Origin: a virus
Taxonomy: Duplodnaviria > Caudoviricetes
Strand: one strand, 5' to 3'
DNA: 54,750 nucleotides
Virus record (IMG/VR): IMGVR_UViG_3300044723_011986
Coordinates: 1 to 54,750 of that record
In this document: positions 45,405-53,029 of the stretch, piece by piece
Position numbering within the stretch: the stretch's first letter is position 1
Layout: each line of letters begins with the position of its first letter
Made by a program: the position numbers and the translations under genes
Notes under the pieces: model-generated
The model's database searches: none
Told to the model about the DNA's origin: nothing
Seen by the model: the letters and a program-made list of their open reading frames with translations, nothing else

Positions 45405-45405
45405 A

Positions 45406-46356
45406 CTATGCGTTATTAGAAAATTCTGGTGCTAAATCTTTTGACAGTCTAATTTTAATCGGATATCCTGTATACCCAGTGCCGTGTCTAAATGTAACCA
45501 TTCTTCTAATAAGATTGTAAACTTGACGCTGTGATGGATTTGCATATATTTTTTTCAGTCCTTCTTTTAGTTCTTTCCAAGCATTTATTACTTTTGAAAA
45601 ATATTCTGGGTCATTTTCAAAATTATTAAAATCATAGTTATCTACTATCAAGTAACTATCGCCTTCATCTTTTACACTAAATTGTCCTAAAAAGTAAATA
45701 TAATCTTCAACAAGGCCAGATCCATTAAGAACATCTTCATTGTTAATTAAAGGACTTCCAGGTTGACCTTCTCCTAATGCTCTAGCCATAGCAGTGTATT
45801 TTTTCTTATATGCCTCGATATTTCCTCCGCCTACGACACCGCGATAGTGCTGCATGGCATATTTTGACATACCTGCTAATGCAACTTTATAAGGTTTTGA
45901 AAGGCTGTTTTCAGTAAAAGGTCTACTTTTGCCAGACATAAACAAAGATAAACCTACAACATAAATAGGAAATGCGGCGGTGCCGGCTCTTACAGGAGCT
46001 TCTATAATAGGACCTAGAATTCTATCTATAAGAGTAGGAGATCTGTCATTTTCTTCTTGTGTTTCTTCTTGCTTGAACTGCCTATTTAAAATTTCTGATC
46101 CAGAAGAATTAACATTTTTCCATTCTCCTTCTGTATCTCTCTGCCTGTAAACCCATCGGCCATCTACTTCTTTATAGTCATAAGGATCTTCATCGCTTGT
46201 TGTTACAATCTGTCCAGGAGTATATTCAGAACTATCATCACCAAACATATACTCATAAGCTGAATTTCCTGCGTCTCTAAGTACGTCTAAGACACCCTCT
46301 TTTATGTATAAATTTTCTAAAATTATTTTTCTGAGTTGACTTCTTGTTACTTTCAT
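45406..46356 (-). CDS. Probable head-packaged hypothetical protein
   Basis: MKVTRSQLRKIILE signal; DPYDYK motif; LGQF...D.YDFN. Confidence 0.8.
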   Translation of the reverse strand: MKVTRSQLRKIILENLYIKEGVLDVLRDAGNSAYEYMFGDDSSEYTPGQIVTTSDEDPYDYKEVDGRWVYRQRDTEGEWKNVNSSGSEILNRQFKQEETQEENDRSPTLIDRILGPIIEAPVRAGTAAFPIYVVGLSLFMSGKSRPFTENSLSKPYKVALAGMSKYAMQHYRGVVGGGNIEAYKKKYTAMARALGEGQPGSPLINNEDVLNGSGLVEDYIYFLGQFSVKDEGDSYLIVDNYDFNNFENDPEYFSKVINAWKELKEGLKKIYANPSQRQVYNLIRRMVTFRHGTGYTGYPIKIRLSKDLAPEFSNNA

Positions 46357-46359
46357 AAA

Positions 46360-46397
46360 ATCTCCATGACAATATTATTATATATTAGCATGGAGAT
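46360..46397 (-). terminator. Hairpin containing the downstream RBS (terminator and/or translational lock)
   Basis: ATCTCCATG / CATGGAGAT 9-bp arms then TTT. Confidence 0.65.
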
Positions 46398-46423
46398 CAA
46401 TTTAATTATCTATTGTTTTATTT

Positions 46424-46876
46424 TTATTCAATTTTACCGCGATAACGTCGCTCAAGAACAGTTTCACCTTCATCAATACAACGCTGAAGATATTCTCTAA
46501 GGTCTTCAAGAGAAGTACATACAGCTTCTCCGCTAGCTGCAAGCATTAGGTTAAACTGTGCTCCTGGAGGAAGACCTGCGCAGAAATAGACAATAGGTTT
46601 ATTTAGCTTATGAAAATATCCCGCTTCAAAAATGCTACCCATATCCTTGTTGCGTGTATTACAAAGCATCCAGTCGCACTCTTCCATGCCTCGAATATTT
46701 CCGTTAAAGACTTCATCTTGAAAGTTTACCGTAGAATCAGGTGAGCAAAGATTTTCGTCTTTTGGTGAAAAATAACCAAGCCCAAGAGAATCTAGTGTAG
46801 TCTTAATATTTTCAAGTTCTTCAAGCCACTCAGGTGAAAACCAGCCGCTTGCAATATAGCATCTATTCATAGTCAT
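46424..46876 (-). CDS. Nucleoside 2-deoxyribosyltransferase / nucleotide N-glycosidase family protein
   Basis: YIASGWF, YFSP, N..GMEECD, DMGSIFEAGY, NLML. Confidence 0.85.
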   Translation of the reverse strand: MTMNRCYIASGWFSPEWLEELENIKTTLDSLGLGYFSPKDENLCSPDSTVNFQDEVFNGNIRGMEECDWMLCNTRNKDMGSIFEAGYFHKLNKPIVYFCAGLPPGAQFNLMLAASGEAVCTSLEDLREYLQRCIDEGETVLERRYRGKIE

Positions 46877-47871
46877 CAGTTTCTCCCCATAAAGGTATTG
46901 TAGTTGTTGCGCATTTCATCGATTTCTTCCATTGATGAATTCCAAAGTTGCTCAAAGACAGTAGTCGTTCCAGGATTGTTTGTACCGTTAATTTCTTCGC
47001 GGCGTGCCTGATAGATTGTATCTTCAGGATGAAACTCGAAGATATCGTTCTTAGGCTCTGGCCAGTAAAGATTTGTGCCACGAGAAGTAAACTCATCGCC
47101 TACCTGTACTCGGAAAGTCTTAACATAATGCATATCAGGCTTTGTAAAGTCAATGGCAGTTGATGCTTCTGGAAGTACACGAATTAGTTCACGTGCCATG
47201 TAAGCTGCAAGAATATTATCAGCAGCAGGCTGAATCTGTCGATCTTGACGCTGGCGAATAAAACCAAGCAGGTCCTTGAGATTCATCCGCATAAGATAAA
47301 AAGAAGTCATGCACTTTGGAAGAATCATGCGTGCATCCATCATGGATACGTCTTTTGAATCGGTCATATCTGCGTAAAGCTGCTTTGAGTCTCGGACAAT
47401 TTGCATGTATCGCTCAAGAAACTCAGGTGAGTTCTCTACAGCTTCAGGAATAACAGCATCATCATCACGCAAATCGCGATCACCAGTACACTGTGCTGCA
47501 AAAGAGCCCGCACGGTGTCGAATAATGTGTGTAACTTCCTGGAAAGAAAGACCGCTTAGCTTGAATGTAAAACCAAGGCACTCCATAGGCGTTGGAAGTG
47601 CTCGGAAATTTAGAACATCTTCAAGATTTTGTGATAGCTCTTGCAATGAAGTTGTTGATGGGTTAGTCTCATCATGATGATCTGCCCAAGTTGCTTTTAC
47701 ATATTGCCAAGCAACATTGACTGCTTGTGAACGAGTTGGGTAATCAACTAGCTCAACCTTGAGAGCACGCAGGTTATTTTCAAAATTTGTCTTTGGTTCT
47801 TGACCAAACTTTAGATCCATTGGAAGATTTACAGGAGTCAAGTTGTAATTAATCGGCATTGTTTTCCTCAC
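46876..47871 (-). CDS. thyX: ThyX-like flavin-dependent thymidylate synthase (atypical motif)
   Basis: HIIRHRAGSFAAQC, DARMILP, MNLKDL..FI..R. Confidence 0.75.
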   Translation of the reverse strand: MRKTMPINYNLTPVNLPMDLKFGQEPKTNFENNLRALKVELVDYPTRSQAVNVAWQYVKATWADHHDETNPSTTSLQELSQNLEDVLNFRALPTPMECLGFTFKLSGLSFQEVTHIIRHRAGSFAAQCTGDRDLRDDDAVIPEAVENSPEFLERYMQIVRDSKQLYADMTDSKDVSMMDARMILPKCMTSFYLMRMNLKDLLGFIRQRQDRQIQPAADNILAAYMARELIRVLPEASTAIDFTKPDMHYVKTFRVQVGDEFTSRGTNLYWPEPKNDIFEFHPEDTIYQARREEINGTNNPGTTTVFEQLWNSSMEEIDEMRNNYNTFMGRN

Positions 47872-48763
47872 TTAGTAGTTCGTTAAAGTTATTGTAGAAA
47901 GTAATATTTTCGCTTTCAATACTCTTATTATAGCTCTTTAAAGGTACTTTTACACTTATACCATGCCCGGCATATTCCATAGCATGCTTAGGAGAGTCAT
48001 CAATTGCAAAAGCAATTGCTCCTGAATCGTAGTACTCTGAATTCATGCACCAGCGCAATTTTTCAGGTGAAAAGTCAACTCTATCAAATGGAATGTTGCT
48101 TAAGCCTAGCCAATAATAAGTGTCATAAAAAATCTTTAGTTCTTCTTTTGGGCGCGCAGTTAGCAACTGAATCCAATAACCCTTTTCACGCATTGCGCTG
48201 AGATATGAATCTGCGTCTTCAATAAGTGGAAGTGTTCTAAAACTTCTAGTATTAACAAAAGATTCAAATACTTTTTCTGGATTAAGATTTCCTGCTGCTA
48301 GAATTTCATTAACAAAGAAGTATTGTTCGCTTTCAGTGTCAACATCTAAATTGTAAGTTTCTTTTAAGAAAGAGGCAAAAGTAGACCTGAACTCTACAAG
48401 TACGTCATCCATGTCTACAATAATAACAGGTTGCCCTTCCCACTTTCTTGTATTGATTTTATGTTCTACATCAAGAAATATATCTTTTTCAACAAAAGCA
48501 GTTGCAACATCATTAGGATTTACATCCCAAAGATTAAGCATAGACATAATATATCTTAATACATCAATAGAAGAATAGACAAGATCGTCTTCGTGTGGGA
48601 CGTCATTAGTAACTCTCATTTTTTCAATCATTCTATTAATAGAATTATATGAATTTAATGCCAAGTCTCTACTAATGTTTCTCTTTTCTTCTTCTGTTAA
48701 TGAGTCACCAAACTTTTTATTGTTATAGTTTGCTTGTGACTTCATCATTTTGACAAAATCCAC
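47849..48763 (-). CDS. Degenerate MazG/dUTPase-like domain fused to HAD 5'-nucleotidase-like domain
   Basis: SIDVLRY...K; IVDMDDVL, LLTARP, IDDSPKH. Confidence 0.75.
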   Translation of the reverse strand: MDFVKMMKSQANYNNKKFGDSLTEEEKRNISRDLALNSYNSINRMIEKMRVTNDVPHEDDLVYSSIDVLRYIMSMLNLWDVNPNDVATAFVEKDIFLDVEHKINTRKWEGQPVIIVDMDDVLVEFRSTFASFLKETYNLDVDTESEQYFFVNEILAAGNLNPEKVFESFVNTRSFRTLPLIEDADSYLSAMREKGYWIQLLTARPKEELKIFYDTYYWLGLSNIPFDRVDFSPEKLRWCMNSEYYDSGAIAFAIDDSPKHAMEYAGHGISVKVPLKSYNKSIESENITFYNNFNELLSEENNAD

Positions 48764-49143
48764 TAATAACCTTCCTTTAGTCTATTCATGATAATTTCAT
48801 GTTTCTTTTCGTAAGCTTCGTATAGATCTTTTTCATCAAAACCTGATGCTATTAAGAGAGAAAAGAAATAGTTCAAAGCATCAACTATTTCTTCAAGAAA
48901 CTCTTCTCTATCAGGAGCCTCATTAAATTCAGTCATTCTGTGAGGCTTCCAGTTTTTAAGATGCTGAAGAGCCTCAAACATCTCTTCAACACCTCTTAGT
49001 GCTAGATCTCTACAAATTTGTTGTGACTCTTTTTGACGAAGATCAAGAGGTAGCTTTGCCGGATAGGATCCAGGATGATACTCTCTCATTTCATCTATAA
49101 ACTGCTGCCGAAGCAGAAACATTTTTGCGAGATTGCAATTCAT
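48763..49143 (-). CDS. All-alpha NTP pyrophosphatase (dimeric dUTPase/MazG-like)
   Basis: EEMFEAL...WKPH...LEEIVDALNY...YEKK..I..R...GY. Confidence 0.85.
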   Translation of the reverse strand: MNCNLAKMFLLRQQFIDEMREYHPGSYPAKLPLDLRQKESQQICRDLALRGVEEMFEALQHLKNWKPHRMTEFNEAPDREEFLEEIVDALNYFFSLLIASGFDEKDLYEAYEKKHEIIMNRLKEGY

Positions 49144-49144
49144 G

Positions 49145-49363
49145 TCACTGCTCGTTTGTTTGAGTCTGCATAGTTGTGGCTTCGTGAATTAGTCGCTGGA
49201 CATTATCTTCTGCACGCCTTTCATATTCTTCATCTAGTTCGAGTGTGCCTTCATTATCCGTCAAAACCATCATTCGCATATGATCAACTACGTCAGTTCC
49301 TGTCAAGATTGAAAGCTGTACTAGCTGTGCTACGTGTGCGATTACTGTGTCACTAAGTCTCAT
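49145..49363 (-). CDS. Hypothetical protein
   Basis: Likely start ATG 49363 with AGGAG RBS. Confidence 0.7.
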   Translation of the reverse strand: MRLSDTVIAHVAQLVQLSILTGTDVVDHMRMMVLTDNEGTLELDEEYERRAEDNVQRLIHEATTMQTQTNEQ

Positions 49364-49371
49364 TTTTTCTC

Positions 49372-50199
49372 CTATTTTTGAATTTCTGGTACCCAATGCG
49401 TCGTTCTACCATCAGGTGTGTTAGTTTTCACTACTTTATTATTATAAGGGTCAACCTTTTGATTGTACACTAAAAACCTACTTGAATATGTACCTTTTGA
49501 ACCGTCGGCGCCGTAAAAGCTTTTGATAGTCGCGCCGCCATTTTGATATGATGTTCTAATAACAGACTGAATGTTGTCTCTAATATCTGTTATTTCTTTT
49601 TCAGATAAAGAATTTACTGTTCGCAAAGGTGACACTCTAGAAAGCCAAAGAACTTCTGCCTTAATGTAGTTTCCTACTCCAGCAACTGTCTTTTGATTCA
49701 TTAGTGCTTCGCAAATTGTCTTTTCACCCTTTTTATTTTTCTTGTATAGCCGAGTTCTAAACTGGTCAATTGGAATATCGTGTGTAAGTGGGTCTGGTCC
49801 GAGCTCAAATAGCTTCTTCTCAGTTTCTTCGCGAGTCATTGCAAACTTAAGGGTTCCAAAATTTCTGGTGTCTGTATACCAGATAGATGATCCTCCCTCC
49901 AGATCGAATCTGGCACGAGAATGTTTCTGCTGTGTAAATGACCAGTATCCAGACATCCCTAGTGTGTTCCAGATAAATGAATGTGGTCCTTCTTTATCTC
50001 CAAACATTCCGTAAATAAACTTACCCTTAGCTGTCCAACCGATACAATGAATTGGCATTATTGACTTAAATTTCTCAAAACCTGCAGGAGTTTTTTTAGT
50101 GTATCTTCCAGAAAGAATCTCTATATTAGTAACTCTTTTGCCACACATAAACTCATCAATTGATCTTGCAGTTGCTTTGCATTCAGGACCTTCTGGCAA
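49372..50199 (-). CDS. Fpg/Nei DNA glycosylase-AP lyase with zincless finger
   Basis: MPEGPE, KGK, LGMSG, DTRNFG, LGPD, LMNQ..AGVGNY..E; no Cys zinc finger. Confidence 0.92.
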   Translation of the reverse strand: MPEGPECKATARSIDEFMCGKRVTNIEILSGRYTKKTPAGFEKFKSIMPIHCIGWTAKGKFIYGMFGDKEGPHSFIWNTLGMSGYWSFTQQKHSRARFDLEGGSSIWYTDTRNFGTLKFAMTREETEKKLFELGPDPLTHDIPIDQFRTRLYKKNKKGEKTICEALMNQKTVAGVGNYIKAEVLWLSRVSPLRTVNSLSEKEITDIRDNIQSVIRTSYQNGGATIKSFYGADGSKGTYSSRFLVYNQKVDPYNNKVVKTNTPDGRTTHWVPEIQK

Positions 50200-50231
50200 T
50201 GTAACCTCACTTTAAGACTTTAAAATTTATC

Positions 50232-50966
50232 TTATTGTGATTTTAACCTTTGCCTTATGTAATTTACAGGTCTTGTGCCAGGTTTACGCTTAATTCTTTT
50301 TACTTTTTCAACTACTTCTTCAATTACTTCTTTGTCAAAAATGTATCCGATTGACTTAAGATAATTTTCTAAAATAGTTCCGCGCTTATCTTCGGGCATT
50401 GTTTCCCATTGATATGGAAATGTTGCCTTCTTTTTTCCTATTTCTTCGCTCAAAGTTTTTATTTTAGGACCAATATATTCTTGAACTTTATCTTCGGGAA
50501 CTTCTAAGTCTAACTCGTTGCCAACATATAATAATTCTGGAAAATCATTAGAAGCATATGCATCAACTGCAATATTATAAAATTTTAAAAGTTTGGTAGC
50601 AATCTGAGGAATTGGAATTGCTGCAGTTTTATCTGGATGTGTCAAAAGCACGATTTCTCTGTATAGCTTTTTGGCCCATTTTTCTTTTTTGCCTACAGCT
50701 TCTACATCATCGTCTTTATCTGCTTCAAGAGCATCAGCAATTGCTTTTTCTGCAGCTTCTTCAGGATCTGGAGGCTTGTTAAAAAATTGTTCTTCAAATT
50801 TTTCAACTTGACCGTCAATTTTTTTTGAAAGCTTACCTTTGAGTTCGTTTAAACAATAACCTAAGTCTGCTAAACCTTTTTTACAAAGATCTTCAACGTC
50901 TTCTTTTTCTTCTGTGAGAAACTTAAACTCTATAAGAATTATTTTGCTACTTTTTTGTGAGCTCAT
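50232..50966 (-). CDS. Protein with internal J-domain-like HPD motif
   Basis: AKKLYREIVLLTHPDK; likely start ATG 50966. Confidence 0.65.
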   Translation of the reverse strand: MSSQKSSKIILIEFKFLTEEKEDVEDLCKKGLADLGYCLNELKGKLSKKIDGQVEKFEEQFFNKPPDPEEAAEKAIADALEADKDDDVEAVGKKEKWAKKLYREIVLLTHPDKTAAIPIPQIATKLLKFYNIAVDAYASNDFPELLYVGNELDLEVPEDKVQEYIGPKIKTLSEEIGKKKATFPYQWETMPEDKRGTILENYLKSIGYIFDKEVIEEVVEKVKRIKRKPGTRPVNYIRQRLKSQ

Positions 50967-51213
50967 CTTTAAGATTCTTTGCAACAAAAACAGGCCAAGC
51001 CAATGCCAACAAAACAGTCTTTAAAGGATTGTCTTGATCTTCTTTTAGTTTGTTTTTTCTTCTTGGTGAAGCCATGGCTTTTAAAAGTTCTGCGGTTATC
51101 TTTTTAAGAGTTACTTGCATACTCCAAAAAATTAAACTAAGTGAAACATACTGCATAGTAAATACAATAATATTGTACTTATTTGTGAGTAAAAATTCTA
51201 AAATCTGTTCCAT
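50947..51213 (-). CDS. Small membrane protein
   Basis: Two hydrophobic segments, LAWP. Confidence 0.65.
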   Translation of the reverse strand: MEQILEFLLTNKYNIIVFTMQYVSLSLIFWSMQVTLKKITAELLKAMASPRRKNKLKEDQDNPLKTVLLALAWPVFVAKNLKDELTKK

Positions 51214-51707
51214 TAGTTACCTCCAGAGAGTGACTTAATTAAATCCATAATTTGTTTATCAGAAACTTTTTGTGTATTTTTTTCAACTGTAACAGGAGTC
51301 TTAGACTCATTCTTTCTGCTACTTTGTGAAGTACTGCTTTTTCTATTTACTTTAACTTGTGAAACAGAAGCAGCTGCTTGAACTTTTGGTCTTGCAACAA
51401 CTTTTGACTCTGCCATGACTTCAACACTTTTTTCAAGATAAGCAGACATTGAAAGAGGTCTAAAATATTTGTCTTCAACAATTACTTCTAAGTTAAGCTC
51501 ACAATGACCTTCTTTAAAAATGTGCTTAAGCGGTGGGATTGTAACAGATACTTCGTCATTCTGAAAATAGTTTGGCTCAAACATCAAAGTCATATCATCT
51601 TTCTCAACTAAAAGTCTGCACTTTGCAGGTGAGTTTGTTGTGCCTTCGACTGTTAGTGCGAATGTGATTTCATTTTCTTCGTCAAGTAAAAGATTAATGT
51701 TTGACAT
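51213..51707 (-). CDS. Hypothetical protein, probably structural
   Basis: Beta-rich N-domain, LEVIVEDKYF.P. Confidence 0.7.
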   Translation of the reverse strand: MSNINLLLDEENEITFALTVEGTTNSPAKCRLLVEKDDMTLMFEPNYFQNDEVSVTIPPLKHIFKEGHCELNLEVIVEDKYFRPLSMSAYLEKSVEVMAESKVVARPKVQAAASVSQVKVNRKSSTSQSSRKNESKTPVTVEKNTQKVSDKQIMDLIKSLSGGN

Positions 51708-52149
51708 TTATTTTCCTCTTTGCAGTTATTTTAATATCTTTCTTTTTATGCTCTACATTCTTGTGCGAAGCAGACACCTTAAAATTATCGGTTTTCTTGT
51801 GTTCTATTTGAACATTGCTAACTTCAATCGAAGGTCTTTTTGTCTTTTTCCAAAAAAGTTCTTTTGCATAAGTCTTCTTAATATTTATGTTGTTCTCTAA
51901 GAATATTCTGCTGATTTTGTTAGTAATAGGATTGACAATTTCTTTTCCGTTATTAGCAATAATCATTGCTGATATTTTAAATCGATCTTCATATTCACTA
52001 ACAAATTTCTTATAAGCAGCTCGTCCACCTCGGAGAACTCGGGCAGCTTTTACAATAAGCGGAGTAAAGCCGCTTGTGACTAACCTAGGGTTAGGACCCA
52101 TACCCAACATAATCAAAGGAACGGGTGATCCTACCCCAAACCCAGCCAA
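51694..52149 (-). CDS. Hypothetical protein
   Basis: 151-aa ORF, TTG start with GAGG. Confidence 0.65.
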   Translation of the reverse strand: MAGFGVGSPVPLIMLGMGPNPRLVTSGFTPLIVKAARVLRGGRAAYKKFVSEYEDRFKISAMIIANNGKEIVNPITNKISRIFLENNINIKKTYAKELFWKKTKRPSIEVSNVQIEHKKTDNFKVSASHKNVEHKKKDIKITAKRKINVKH

Positions 52150-52150
52150 T

Positions 52151-52567
52151 TTATCCTCTCACGCGTTCAAATACTTCTGTAAAAGAAGGATTGCTATTTC
52201 TATCAAGAAGCGAATATCTTGCTAATTCGGTTACTCCGTCTTCTTCATAGAAAACCATTTCTTTTGTATCAGACATAATTTTCCAGCGCCCCACAGTCAT
52301 ATGTCTAATCATTTTCTGGTCAAGTGTAACTGTTTCAACTGCAGTCACTCCTGGGTATTCTGTAGATGTCCAAACAATAGATCCACTGAACTGATTATTT
52401 AGATTAAACTCTACACCGTAACATCCCGTATTTGTGCCGATTTCATAGACTCCTGCGTTTGATGCAGTTGTATAGGCAACACCTTTTGTATCAAAAAGCT
52501 GATATCTTATCGATCCAGATATTCCTGATAGAGAAGATCCAAAATTTACATTTTGATTAGTTTTCAT
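52151..52567 (-). CDS. Hypothetical protein, probably structural
   Basis: GRWKI...MVFYEEDGVTELARYSL...VFER. Confidence 0.7.
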   Translation of the reverse strand: MKTNQNVNFGSSLSGISGSIRYQLFDTKGVAYTTASNAGVYEIGTNTGCYGVEFNLNNQFSGSIVWTSTEYPGVTAVETVTLDQKMIRHMTVGRWKIMSDTKEMVFYEEDGVTELARYSLLDRNSNPSFTEVFERVRG

Positions 52568-52591
52568 AGTACTTTCTTAATTGCATCACGT

Positions 52592-52921
52592 TTATTGGTC
52601 TTTCGCCTGGCTCTCTTCTGGATCTAAGTTTTTTTTGGAACCTTCTTCAAGCGCTGCTGCATTAATCTCTTCAAAGCGCTTAAGATCTTCTTCCATTTGA
52701 AATAAGTTTTTACTGTGATTACGCATGCTTAGTTCAAAAACCATAGAGTCTCTTAGTTTGAGAAGAGTACTATACATGCTTTTAATTCTTTCTTCAGGTG
52801 TGCCTGCTATGGTTTCTTGCAAAGAAACGTCAATAAACATTTTAAATTTTGTAATTAGCTCGTATAGCTCATCTTGGTTTTTAGACTTAAAATAGTCTTT
52901 GTATTTTTGTTCAAGTGACAT
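52592..52921 (-). CDS. Hypothetical protein
   Basis: 109-aa ORF with GAGGAG RBS. Confidence 0.75.
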   Translation of the reverse strand: MSLEQKYKDYFKSKNQDELYELITKFKMFIDVSLQETIAGTPEERIKSMYSTLLKLRDSMVFELSMRNHSKNLFQMEEDLKRFEEINAAALEEGSKKNLDPEESQAKDQ

Positions 52922-52968
52922 AAAAACTCCTCGTCTTAAAAGTAATTATATCCTTGAAATCATCCTTA

Positions 52969-53006
52969 TAAAACAAATGCCCCCGGTGAATTTCTCCACC
53001 GGGGGC
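52969..53006 (-). terminator. Rho-independent terminator
   Basis: GCCCCCGGTG / CACCGGGGGC 10-bp stem followed by ATTTGTTTT. Confidence 0.85.
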
Positions 53007-53029
53007 AAACTAGCTAAAAAGCTAATTTA

